The notes under the pieces: generated by a model
The model's database searches: none
Told to the model about the DNA's origin: nothing
What the model saw: the letters and a program-made list of their open reading frames with translations, nothing else
DNA from: Camelus ferus
Lineage: Eukaryota
NCBI RefSeq assembly: GCF_009834535.1
Contig: NC_045698.1
Span: 13,766,001 to 13,830,000, forward strand
DNA length: 64,000 nt
Direction of reading: 5' to 3'
Translations under genes and position numbers: made by a program
Shown here: positions 25,608 through 38,150 of the stretch, in pieces
How positions within the stretch are numbered: the first letter of the stretch is position 1
How the letters are laid out: each line of letters starts with the position of its first letter

Positions 25608-26413
25608 ATGAAAGTCTTAATCTCAGTCATTGTGAGGGTTTTCTACCTCAATTTTATGTGACGGTCTTAGACCTCTGACACAGATTTTGACTATAATGAG
25701 CAACAGCGCTGTCACTGATGTGGCCATTGTGCAGAGCTCCTGGGCACGCCCTCCAGGTCCAAGGTGCATTCACTCTCTCTATGGTCGTGTTACCCACCGA
25801 CCTTTCACCTTCCTGAGAGTTTGTCATGGTTTTTCCATTTGTTTATCTCATCAAGTGGTACATTTGGCTTGAGATTCCAATAGATTTTATCATGCATATT
25901 CTTTGTATATCCTCTGTGCTAGAGATAGAGCACTAACTAAACTCAACTAAATTCCATCTGTGGTCTTTCTGGCAGCTTTGGTTTTATGCTTTGGTATCTC
26001 TTTGAGAATGGCAGGGCTGTATGGCTGGGGAGTTGGTAAACAAGACTCAAATTAACATCTAAATAAATTACTCAACCACAAGTGAAGTACATGATATCAT
26101 ATTAAGAAAGTCAGGTGCTTTTAGTAATACAAGTGTGCCTTGGTGAATATCTGATATTTGCCAAGAATAATAAAATTCCCTCAGCCTTTGAGAGATCAGA
26201 TCTGTTAAAAACAAAGACATGACAGGAATGATTTATGCTATAGTGTTTACTTGCTACCGTGGAACTTTGAAATTATAACAATTTTTTTCTGTTACAATAA
26301 CATTATTATAAATTTTGATAAGACTATAAGTAATCAATTTTATTACATATGAAAATATGTGAATGGACTATAGATTTCAGTGATTAATCAATGCTATTAA
26401 ATACTTGAATTAT

Positions 26414-26600
26414 TGTGGTAGGAAGCCTCTACAATGATCCCCAATGATCCTGGACCCATGTCCTTGTGTGTTATTCACCACTTGCAGGTGGGCTAGACTC
26501 ATTTGACTGGCTTTTAAAGAATAGAATACTATAGAAATGATGGCAGGCCATTTCTAAAATCAGGTTAAAAAAAGACTGGGGCTTTCATGTTGGGGAATCT
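26414..26600 (+). mobile_element. MLT1F-like LTR 5' fragment
   Basis: tgtggtaggaagcctctacaatgatccccaatgatcc...gtgggctagact. Confidence 0.75.
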
Positions 26601-27405
26601 TTCATTTATATGGAAAGAGAGAACAGAGAATGGGCAAGAGGGAATATTTCAAGGCATAAACGGTGGATAAATTCCCAGATTTTTGTGCAGAGATTAATTT
26701 AGGGTAGGATTGAAAATGTAGTCACATCTTGACACATTTGAATGAAATTGCAATTGCTAGGGAGAGAAATATAATTTTAAGTTTGAAGACTGAAAACAAT
26801 TTGGAACAAAGGAAATTGCATAAACCTAAAAAACATCAGAGTAAGAGAAAAAACAAACTTTGGTGAATTCAACATTTTAAGTAAAGATAATTGTAAGTAA
26901 ATCAATCAACACAACAAATGCAATATTGTCTATTTTAAATGCATTATACATTAGCTTTAAGTGTGTCTGTATGTCTTTGTCTAATCTAGACAAAGAATCT
27001 CGGATTGGCTTATGTATTTATGAGTACTGACTCAAAATGGTGTTTTGAATAATTCTCTTTTACTTTAAAATCATAGTTTAGAATCCTAAGAAAAAAAAAT
27101 AGTAATTCAGGATGTTTTATATACTTATAAATTCTGATAAAAAATAAATTTAGAAAAATAAAAATATAAATAAAAATAAAATTTTGGAATATACATATAC
27201 AAAACCTTATGCAGAATAATAATTGGTTTTACAGAACTTTTTACAAGAATTATACCCCATATTGAAATACTTAACCTATAATAAGAGAAACTGTTTATCA
27301 CAGAGCTAAAAATTTCCAAAGATATTAATTAATGCTAAACCATGTTTAATAAAACCCAAAATCTACAGCTACAAACAACAAACAAGTGAATTAATCAAAA
27401 GACTA

Positions 27406-27614
27406 ATAATATCTGCATATCCCAATTAAAATGGGTAAACAGCAAGGCCCTACTGTATAGCACAAAGAACTATTTTCAATAATAGCATTTAATGAAAAAT
27501 AATATGATAAGAAATATATATATGTATAACTGAATCACTATATTGTACATCAGAAATTAATACAACATTGTAAATCGACTATATGTCAATAAAAGTAAAT
27601 TTAAAAAATGTAAA
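27406..27614 (+). mobile_element. short L1 3' end with 9-bp TSD and small 5' inversion
   Basis: caaggccctactgtatagcaca...tataactgaatcacta...cattgtaaatcgactata; TSD aaaagacta at 27397 and 27615. Confidence 0.88.
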
Positions 27615-30528
27615 AAAAGACTACTCAAAGCTACTTCTTTAAGCTGAGAAAATATAATTGCCTGAAACTAACAGCAAGCGCTCCTTGTGTAGTGAAAGGT
27701 TAGTATTGAGCCAATGACCATGTTTACTATCATCCCTCAGTTTTCTTTTAAGTTTACTCAATATAAGGAGCATTACATAAAAGTAGGGACTGTGAGCAAT
27801 TTTGTTTAAGAAACATTAGTTTTCATATAAATCAGAAAATACAGTTCGAAGACATCCTGAGTTGAAATATTCCTTTAAAAGTAGCAACTAAAAAATTAAA
27901 ATAGCTAGCTAGAACCCCAAATGAAACGGTAAGGATTCTTACGAAGGCAATTCTAGTTCTTCAACGTGAGTCAATCGTGTGCTTGTGTGTATGTACAGTC
28001 AGAGGAAGCACACCAACAAATGAGAATGAGAAAGAAAATTAAAGGATGTCCAAGAAAGAAAGATAAGGAAAAAGAAAAAAAAAATGAGAAAGAACATGAA
28101 AGAAAGAAGGAGAGAAAATGGCAGGAAAAGTTCATGCTTGGACAGATAGTGATAATAAGAGATTATATTTTCAATTGATGGGAGAAGAATTTTACACTTT
28201 ATTCTCAGTAAGATTTTGAATTTTGCAAATTTTGTAGTAAGTATGTATCCATTTTTACAACCCAGACCAAGGCATGTTTTAAGATGGAAAACAAGGGAAG
28301 CTGCAAATTTTGTCAAATGCATCAAAGAGTAGTTGTATAAAATATTAAAATTAAATACATGGTACAAACTGAAAAACTTGAGTAGCGGGATTTACTTTAG
28401 CACATAAGTGACCCTGAAATTAGAAGACTGTAGGAATTTATAAGATGCGGTGTTTACTTAGACAAACGTTCTCAGAACGGCTTGCAAAGTTTTACCTCGT
28501 CGCATAATTAACTTACTGTGAGGAGGCAGAGGTGGAAAAGAGTTTGCCCAGGTAGGCGTTCTCAGCCAGAGCGGAAGACATTATTAGGCATAAACACATA
28601 CACGCGGCTTCTCATTCGGAGCATCAATTCAAGTTAATTTGGTTTATGGATGTGCTTTAGAGAAATGAGTCTTCCAATGGAGATTAGATGCACCATAATC
28701 AGTTCTTCACCTGTAATTTAATACTTTGTAGGAGGACTTCATTCCCCATCTGGCTCATCTGCAGGTTCTGTTTCTCAAGTTGAGTGCAAGATTTTTGTAA
28801 ACAAGTGACTACCACCCCCACGGAATGAACTTTCAAAGGGATATTCACAGGAATATCTTCAGGTACTTCAGTGCTGTGAAAAAGAGGGCTTGTCTCTTCT
28901 CTGCAACTTTGTCTTATAAAATGATCTTACATTGATATACGTGATAAATCTACTTGTAAGCTCTGAGGAATAATTCTAAATTACAAAAAATATACAGATC
29001 AGAGGTTATCCCTAGACAAAACTATTCATTGCTGAATTTGAAGTGGGTGGAATATTGTCAACTATTATATTTCAAAACATTAGAAATATTTGCTGTCCAA
29101 GAATAACATCTAAATGAGAAAGCCCTGGGTGGGGCTCTTGGGCTTGTATCTCTGCATCCTCCCTCTTCTTTCCTTTTCATTTGTGGGGTCTGTTTAGCTT
29201 GTACCAAACACTTTTTAAAGTCATTGTATTAATCCTAATGAGTTGATGTAACCGTCTGCCTTCATAAGAAATTGACCTTTTATGAAATACTCATATCATG
29301 GAAGCGAAACTGGAACTAAACGCCAACTGTAAATTGTATCTTAGAACTTACTAAATAAAATGCTTGCTCCGTTAAAAAAAAAAAAAAAATCTGGTTTTGA
29401 CAAAACAAGAAAATAAAACTAGTTAGACTTTGCTGACCCTGAATGAGCTTCAAACGTAATGAGAAGAATGGGAAAAAAGTAGAAGAAAAATGACCATGGA
29501 AATCATTCTAGAAATTATATGTTTGAAATACCAACAGGGAATTCCTCTTTGAAATGTGCAGATGAGTGAGATCTGTTACTAAGCAGAGGAATCTGCCTGG
29601 AGTTTCAGGTCAGAGTCAGCATGTATTTGTCATTATTTATTGGCTCCAAAATAACATATTGTGGGGTTATTATGAGGGTGGTAAAGATATTTTATGCTTG
29701 GCAAATTAAAGAAATGATTAATTAAAAAGGTAAATGTACCCATCATACATTGTAAAGAGATTATTACATGTTAAGATGCAAGCCCTAAGGAAGAGAAAAT
29801 TAATATCAAATTTTCTATTCTGATAATTTCCGATAAATTGGAAAATCATCCTTCACTCCACTGTTTGAGGAGAGGCAATTTTTTTTTTTTTAATAATTGA
29901 ACTTCTCAGATCACATTCAACTTTGAATCTGGGTTTTCACCTGCACCTGTGGGCTCTGAGTTCTGTGAAATGCTGCTCTTCTGAAAATGCCTGCACCAAA
30001 AATGCATCCTTTCCTCTTTTCTGTTTCAGTTCCCTTAGAGCACTTGTCACAGGGAAGAGGGAGAGAAAAAGTTGCAAGAGTGCTGAGCGTAGAAGCAGCT
30101 TAATGAGGGACCACAGCGGGCGGGGAGAAGGGGTTAGAACTGCCGTGGGAGTCTGGGGCCAGTCTCTCCCACTGTGCTATGCCTGGGAAAAATCTTGCTG
30201 ATTTTTTTTGTAACCTAGCAAATTGACAATGAGTTTGTCATGGGGATCCCAGTATTTTACTATGTATATTGTTTAAATACATATATCTATATCCATTATT
30301 GAAAGTGATGAAAAGAAATTTTAAAGACCTCTACTTCAGAAACATTTTCTGTATATTTAGTCCACCTGGAGAAACTGCAAATAATAACACTGATTCTAAA
30401 AGCATAAGAGTATAAGTAAAAGTAAACCTAGGGGTGGCCTTATGGAGATCATCAACTATATAATAAAATAGATGATGTGATAAATCTACAGAGCTGATAG
30501 GAAGTAAAACTATTAAACTAATTTATAC

Positions 30529-31125
30529 TGTTACCGGAGAAGTAGGTTCTTGTGTAGTTGCAGAAAGAATTCATAGGGAGAGACAGAGGTCAGGAAAGCA
30601 AAGTGAGGGTTTATTAAGCAAAAGTACACTGTCAGAGGGAGGGAGGGCGGGCAGACTCTGGTGAGTAGCTGCCCTGAGTGTCGTTGGTGAGCTGTTCCAT
30701 GGGATGTGAAAATGAATGGGTGGAATGTTCATTGAGGAGGGAGGGGTTTGGGGTTGTAGTCCCTGATTTTCATCATAGCTCCAGCTTCCCAAAGGAGGAG
30801 GGAATTTTGTCCTTATTTCGTCTTGATGAAAGTGTCATGGCATTAGTGCATGATGAATACTTCGTATCTGCAATGCTAATTTTATCGTATTGAGGGCATA
30901 ATGATCAAAAAGTCACATTCAGGCACCTGATTTCTGCCTTTTCCCACATTTCTTTGCCTCCAGGACCCCTGTCACCACAAGCTACATAGTTTCCTGGCAC
31001 CCTGGAGGTTCCTGCTTTTCTTTCTTTGCCCAAGGAACTCCACTATTTACAAGATGTATGGTTTCTGGCCACCTGATCGGTGCCTGCCTTTCTCTCTTAT
31101 ATCTAGCTATCTGCCTGCTCTAACA
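30529..31125 (-). mobile_element. ERV1-class solo LTR with perfect 4-bp TSD
   Basis: TGTTA...TAACA termini; ATAC on both sides (30525-30528, 31126-31129); tttatt (AATAAA on minus) at ~30610. Confidence 0.9.
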
Positions 31126-31380
31126 ATACCTCCATTTCTTGAAGCTAATAAGTAAGAAAAATGATACTCCACGTATAAAGAAATAAATGCAAGATGGATG
31201 ATGGAACCACAGTGTAGAGCATCCTTTGGTGTATCTGTGTATGTGTGTGGTCTGCTTCTCTTAGAATGGATGGTGTGGTTGAGTGTTGGGTGGGTGTGTA
31301 GTGAACAAGGGAGCATCTGTGAATAAACTTTGTACTTAATACAGTTGTTAAACTTTATCTTTGTCCACAAGTGTCCTAAT

Positions 31381-31992
31381 ACTGTCAAATCCAAGGTTGT
31401 GTGTCCAAGGCACAGCGAAGTCAAACAAACCAAAATGTGGAGTTTGGAGCAGAGAAGGATTGTTGCAGGGTCAAGCAAAAACAACAGGTATCTTAGGCCC
31501 AAAAAACCTGAACTCCCTGATGGATGTTAGTTAGAGAAGCGTTTGGGAAGGCACATTTGGCGGGAGATCTGCAGGGCATGTGACCTTCCTCTCGTTGGTT
31601 GGTGGGTAGGAGTAACAAGGTGTTGCTCCAGGAATCTCAGTCATCAGCCTTTTGATTCCAACCTGTCTGGGGTCCAGTGCTTGTGCTCAGCCTGAAGTTA
31701 CAATCCTCCACCTGGGACCCAGCTCCTGTAGAACTCATCAGTCTGTGCCAGAATTCTGGCACATCTCCCATGAGGAGCCAGGACTCTGCCCCATTGCTGC
31801 ACTGTTGTCTCTTGACTGCCTTTCTTTGGATTCTGCATTCCCTCCCCTCCCTAATTAATAACTGTTTCAATCTGCTCCTTGGAACTCAGGGAAAGTGTAG
31901 AAGGCTGAAGCATTTTTCTTACCAACAAGAAATGGGGGACACAGAAAGTCTTTCATACTCAAGAGGGCTCCACAGGGTCCCGCTCAGTTTTC
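31381..31992 (-). mobile_element. ERV1-class solo LTR (cetartiodactyl type)
   Basis: caaacaaaccaaaatgtggagtttggagcagagaagg...cctgaactccctgatgg...ccacagggtcccgctcagtttt; ctaat on both flanks. Confidence 0.8.
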
Positions 31993-32426
31993 CTAATCTT
32001 TCATTCATAAAATATCATTCTTCCAACCTCAAGGTAATTGCTGTGGAAAATCTGTGGGACCCGAGTTCCATACTGACACTATGTACTGATTTTTCTTTTT
32101 CACCAGAACAAATGGGACTAGTAAGGCACGACTATTGACAGTTATCCTGGTCCTCTGCTTTCAGCCATCTCATTTCTCCTTGGCCTCAGCAACAGGTGAA
32201 ACGATTAGAACAGTGAGTTGCTAAAATTAGAGTTTAACTTATGTGTACCATCTCTCAGAGCTCCACAGGGGTTCCTTTCCAGTTCTTATTTCAGGAGGCC
32301 ATTTTAGTAATTATTGTCAGTTTATAATAACACCTTATCACTACAGTGATGAGAAGTTGGATTTATGAAACTACCTTGTATGGCATTGTTAAACTTAATG
32401 CTAGTAAATTTTCTTCCATAAGAAAG

Positions 32427-32550
32427 AGCTCAGTGGTCGAGCACATGCCCAGCATGAACAAGGACCTGGGTTCAATCCCCAGCACCGCCATTAAATAAAT
32501 AAACCTAATTACCATCCCCCCAAAAAAAACAACAAAAAGAAAAAAAAAGA
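32427..32550 (+). mobile_element. Vic-1-like tRNA-derived SINE (camelid), slightly 5'-truncated
   Basis: A-box agctcagtgg, B-box gggttcaatccc, tail aaataaataaacctaattacc..ccccc + A-rich tract; TSD aagaaagag (32420, 32551). Confidence 0.9.
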
Positions 32551-33249
32551 AAGAAAGAGAACCATACTTTATTTTTTGTGGTTGAAACTATTAAATACAC
32601 ATGACGTTGGTGCCAAAGTCTGCCAAAATCCAGATACCCTATATGTTGGTGAATATTTCTAATTTTTAAAGGCAAATAGTTTCTTTTAGATCATAAAGTC
32701 TGCTTATTTTGAATATATTAATATAATCTCTCAATTCAAATGCAATTCTACTTTATTGTCAGTTTTACTTTACCGCAAGGATGACTGGTTTTTGAACAAG
32801 GAATGCCAAGCACACTGTTCTTTCTGTATCTGTCCTGAGGGTTAACACCCAGAGAGAGATCTGTTTCTCTTTACGTTGGTTGTTTAGGGATCTGCTGTGC
32901 TTGATCCTTTTCATATTTGTAGATTTGGAAATATATACATTTTTGCTTCTTAAAAGAAATTTGTAAATGTTCATCTTATGAACTTCAAATGGATGCCACA
33001 CACAATACAATAAGTAATGTGGTCTGAAATTCTCCTAACTTTTGGGAAGACCGAGGCAATGCAGAAAAACATCTCCATATTGTTAAGAATTACTGTTGAA
33101 AGGGAATAGTGGGTTTGTGAAACCCATTGATTGGTCTCTATCTCTTGGTGTCTTGATTTCAATCCCAGTAAAATCAAAAGTACTTCAGTATGCATCGTTC
33201 CAGAAAAAATTAGATGCTCCAAAATCTGAGAGATACTACCACAGAAATT

Positions 33250-34845
33250 ATAAGCTGGGAGAACTAATCAATGATTTCTGAATAAATGCTGAAAGAGGTA
33301 AAAAAAAAGAGTACAAAATAGAGAATGTCAAAACTAAACACCAATCTTTGATTTAATGAATGACAGACTGATGACAGTGGCAAAGTATTGGGAAAAATTG
33401 GTTTATATATGGTGTCTGAGTTCTTATGATGTATTAGATAATGATTAAAAATTATACTGGTCCACTCTAATAATTCATGCAAAATTAACCAAATATTTAA
33501 AAAGGAAGCCAAAGGATTTTAATAGCCACTTAAAAAATTCTTTGTTTTTCTTTATAGAGAAGATGGAAATATATTTGTTGGCTGATTGTAAAGTTAAAAT
33601 AAACATACAGATTTTTAGTGTAAAACCCTGGAAATTTACTGATGAGATAATTTTGTAGTCTTATGGTAAAGGATGAATAATGAAGCATATTTTAAAAAAT
33701 AGTAAAAAGACACAATAGTTATAAAAAAAGTTTTTTTAATTAAATATTAAATCATTCTTTAAACAACTTAAAAGTGTGATGTTTTCACAGCAATAAAATG
33801 TAGGTTTTCTGAAAAGAAGCAATATGAAGAGTCTAAAACTAGATACTAGTATGTATGGGAATTTGATATATAGTAGGGTGGTGGTTCATTTCTATGGGCA
33901 TAGTACTTTTGCTGAAACAAATAGGCTATGCATTTGGAAAACTGTATTTGAAATTTTGCTTCATATTGTAGAGAAATCAATGTAAACTGTATGAACGGCA
34001 AACCAATTTAAAAGGAATCCAGAGTAAAGAATAAATGTTAGTGGAATAAATGCAGGCACTAGGAAAAGGGAAATTTAGAAATAAGAGGAGAAGCCCAGAA
34101 GCAATAAAATATATAATATATGACTATACAAAGTTTTGTACTTGTTAATTTAAAATTATACCATTGCGCAGCATTCAAAGCAAAGTGATTAGCAAATGTT
34201 TAACAGAGATAAAAATTTTGATATTTATATTGTCAAAACTCCTGCTGCCAATTAAGATAAAGATACAGTGTGATTAAAAAAAAATTGGCAAAGGATTTGA
34301 ATTCATGAAATGGGATAGCCAAAGAGAATTCCCAAGGTTCCAATAGACCAAAGGAAAAATGCTCACTCTTAGAGATTGCTGAAGAAATGTAATAAAAGAA
34401 ACAACAAAATAGACTTCTTATCCTTAGGAGAAATTGAATAAATAACAACACCAGTTTTTGCAGGAAAACAAGGAAGTGGAGTTCTCATCCACGGCTGTTA
34501 GAAATATGCATTGGTAGAGTAGTTTTTTTTAAAGCAATCTGATAATAGCCGTTAAAATTATAGACCCATTAGTCAAAAATCCTACTTTATACAAGAATCT
34601 ATAGCAATGAAAACATCACTAGATAAAAATTATCCAGTGTTTATTCTGACACCTTTTGTAGCAGCGGAAAGCTGAGAACTTAAAGAATTTCCATCAATAG
34701 TAAATGATTAAGCAAACAATGGTACTTTTTAATTGAGAATATTATGCAGCTATTAAAAATATGTATATCAGCAGGGGAGGCATTCTCGTGATATTTTGTT
34801 AAATGAGAAATATAGCATGAGACATGATGATATAGAATGATGCCA
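33250..34845 (+). mobile_element. ancient L1 (L1ME-like) ORF2 3' part / 3' UTR, highly decayed
   Basis: A-rich with L1 motifs: atgtatgggaatttgatata, aaaaatgctcactc, tttgtagcagcggaaagctgag, tccatcaatagtaaatg, tatgcagctattaaaaat. Confidence 0.7.
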
Positions 34846-35313
34846 TGCATTTGGCTGCACCTTGCAATCCTACAAGCCCTGTGCTTGCCCAGCTTCAAGA
34901 CCAAAAACAAGAGCCCGGAGACACCAACAGAGTATAAGTGGTTTAATGGATGGGGGATCTTACCTGTCTGAAGCAAGGTCCTGGAGCAGGTCCCCCCAGT
35001 GTGCATGGACGGCGGGGCAGAACATAGTAGCAGTTTTCACTCCTGTGGGCAGGGGAAGTATACCAGTTATAGGGGAAATTGTCACTTTGGCTCATTGGTT
35101 ACCGGGGAAACCAGCAGAGGGGTACACCCCTCACTACCCCTTTGATAAGCACAATGGAGTGTTCTGATAAAAAATTAGAGCAATCACTTGCTGGGGCCTG
35201 GGGCAAATATGTAGGAAGGTCAGTCATGTGAGTAGGGCGTTATAGGTGAAGCAGTGGTCAAGCAGGGGACATACAGAGAAAAGGAACAGCCGTCTTAAGT
35301 GGCCTGACCATAC
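34846..35313 (-). mobile_element. ERV solo LTR inserted into old L1
   Basis: GC-richer block ending agccgtcttaagtggcctgaccatac; tttaat (ATTAAA on minus) at ~34941; L1 sequence resumes on both sides. Confidence 0.7.
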
Positions 35314-36919
35314 TCCATGTTTATTCCTGAATCCAATATATATAGAAAAGCATTGACATTGTTTGCAAAAAATGTGATGGCCTGAGTGGAAGGGAGTGTA
35401 GAGTATCAAAGAGAAAACGAGAAAAAGAGACTGCAGCATAATGGATTACCATATCACTATAAAGTCCCAATAAATGTTACATATGCAATAATTTCATGAA
35501 AATATTATGGATGTATAAATAATACATGTGCACATGATAAAAACTAAACATTGGCATTGGCAAATGAAATGGTTGACTACACAGAATGAAACTCTACGTT
35601 TTCCAGATACATTTCTGCTATTTCAAAGCAGTTTTGTATCATAGTATCAAAACTAGGTAATAGCTGCAAAAAAAATTTATGACTTGTTTACATCCTCAGG
35701 AAGGATGAAGGGTTGCATTGTAGCACCCCATTGCCTCTCAACATTTTCAGTGCCATGAACACAACTGTAGAAGTGAAATCCAATTTGTTCATTATCCAAA
35801 GCTTAAAGAGGTAGGAAATACCATGTTGAACTAAATTAATCGATTATTTTAATAGAACACAGACATACATGAATAAAACTTTCATAAAGAAGTCTTGAAT
35901 TAGTTTAATATTGGAAAGTGGTTTTAAAGGGTTAGAGTGTTGAGTGAACTACTGTAGGGAAAGGCAGAAGGAGTCATGGCTGGAGGCTGTGGGTCCACAA
36001 GGGGTGGATTTGCTCAGTCAGTGAAGACTTATATTATAGTTTCGTTGACATAGATCAGTTTGTGGAGGGCACATTTTCCCAAATCATATTTCTGCTGTCA
36101 TTGGAAACCAGCTTCAGTAGCGCTTCCAAAATCACCCATGTCAGAGCACATCTCCCAGGCAGTTGTAAACAGAGTGTAAACAGAGTGCACACAGGAGCTG
36201 CCTCACGGAGGCCTCTGCCCACTGGCTTTCCCCCTCTTGCAATCCTTTTCCCGTCTTCCATGGTGAGCCCCTGCGCCCAGACGCTTTGACTAAGAAGTTG
36301 ACAAAGTTTATGAGTTTCTGCTTTTTGAGACTTCCCTTTAATTCCCATAAAGATCTTGGCCATCACCAGCAATCAAACCTGTTGTCTTCTTCGTTTTGGC
36401 CTTCAAGAGCACATTCCTCTGTGTGGAAGAAGGTAACATTCTTTACTTGATTCCTAATGCTGATTCTACTATCTTTCGCACATGTTTATGGTTATTGCGA
36501 TAGAAATAGAGTCAGAAGAGTGGGATTAAAGAGTTTATAGTCACACTTTAACCAGGAGATATCATCAACTTCTTTGAGTATTTGTATTGGAGAAATGGCA
36601 TAATGTTTTGTTATAAAATTATATTTTAATTATTTTGCAGCATAGAGTTATTGCTTTATGATATTATCCAGGGTGTACACTACATACCTTAAATGGTTCA
36701 AATAAAGGATTGTAAGCGAATATTGACTAGATAATTCAGAATGGAAATAAGAAAGATAAGTATCTTTTGTTTCTGCCTACTTTGGTGGTAGCTTAACGTG
36801 CACCTTAGGAAGTCAAAAAGAAAATTGATTTAAATATTTTAATATAATAAAATTATATTTATTTTATTTATTATATATATTTATTATAAAATGTATACAT
36901 GTATCACTTTACTAAAAGA

Positions 36920-37010
36920 CACTGCAGAACTGTGAGTGAATAAATTTCTGTTCTTTTAAGCCAGAAAATTTGTGGCAATCGGTTATAGCAGCCACTGAAA
37001 ATAAAAACAG
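36920..37010 (+). mobile_element. MLT1/MST LTR 3' tip
   Basis: cagaactgtgagtgaataaatttctgttcttttaagcca...ttgtggcaatcggttatagcagcc. Confidence 0.8.
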
Positions 37011-37789
37011 GTGATACATTAGAAATAGACAGCTTTGACTTAGAGGTACAACCAGGCCTAAAAGAATCGGTTCCCATGGAAGATCACCAAAACGATATTA
37101 GTTGCCAAAAATAATACCAAGTTCAAGCACAATCTGGACATTACCATATACAAGTAGGACAAATCCCATTTTGTAGCAATAAGATGTTTTATTGGCAGAG
37201 TTGATCGGGACATTTTCATGTGTGGGTGCAATTTGGAGTAATATCCATGCCTGTTGCTAAGGTTTCGGTTCAAGGACAATGCTTTGGGGAAAGAGATTTA
37301 TCAAGTGCTTACAAGGTATCAGAAGCCCATTAGTCCAGATGAATTTAAGAATGATTCTGCCTCCCAGGCTGATAATTGTCATGCAAACAGAATCACAGCA
37401 GAGGCTCTTTCATAAAGACAAATTAGTGAATACTGACAATAAAAATGCCTGTTTTAAGGTGTAAGATTAAGCCCAGATGAAGAATGCCACCTGCCTGTGA
37501 GTCCGAGGTTATCAATTTTTACCCAAACTGAAGGCTCCTGGCTGACAGCTGATAAAAGCGAGAAAGGGCAGTGAGACTACAAGACTACAGCTTCTCATTT
37601 TGACAAGAACTGTTGCAGCCAGGACATGTGGGGATTGTTCAGCCCAGACCTCACCTCGTTGAGCTGCCTTCAGCTGAATTTTCAGATCAGCTACTGTCAA
37701 TGCTTGCCTCATGCACGCATTGAATTTTTGATACTCAAAGGCTTGCATTTACATCATTGCTCTGATAGTCATTTGTGCTCTTCAAATAT

Positions 37790-38150
37790 ATCTCCAGCTC
37801 TCCATCTTCCATGTGAGTGGCCAGATTATACTTCTTGTCACTTTCAAAGTTTGGTGTGCCCAGGTGATTAGTTCTGACAAATGAAAGGTCAGCAGAAGTT
37901 CCTAGTATATTTCCCAGATGGCAATTTCAGGAGCCACTGTTGTGTTACCATGACTCCATTTTCCTGCCTTGGAAATCATGGATGCATGGAGTGTTAAACA
38001 CCCTGAGACTTGGTCTTTCAGGAATAAGGAGGTAAAGCAGAGAAACATGTGAGAAATATGTGAGAAAGAAAAAAATAAGATTTTTTTTAATCCACTAAGA
38101 TGTTCAGTTTGTTTATTATAGTAAAATAACCTAACCTATGCTGAATATTT
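37790..38150 (+). mobile_element. MLT1J-like LTR
   Basis: caggtgattagttctgacaaatgaaaggtcagcagaagt...ccactaagatg...gtttattatagtaaaataacctaacctatgctga. Confidence 0.7.

Noticed and set aside
31637..32138. 153-aa ORF, the longest in the window
   Set aside because: Lies mostly within a solo LTR, has a non-ATG start and no recognisable domain.
32427..32490. tRNA-like sequence
   Set aside because: Lacks the 5' acceptor stem and has a SINE tail, poly(A) and TSD; it is a SINE, not a tRNA gene.
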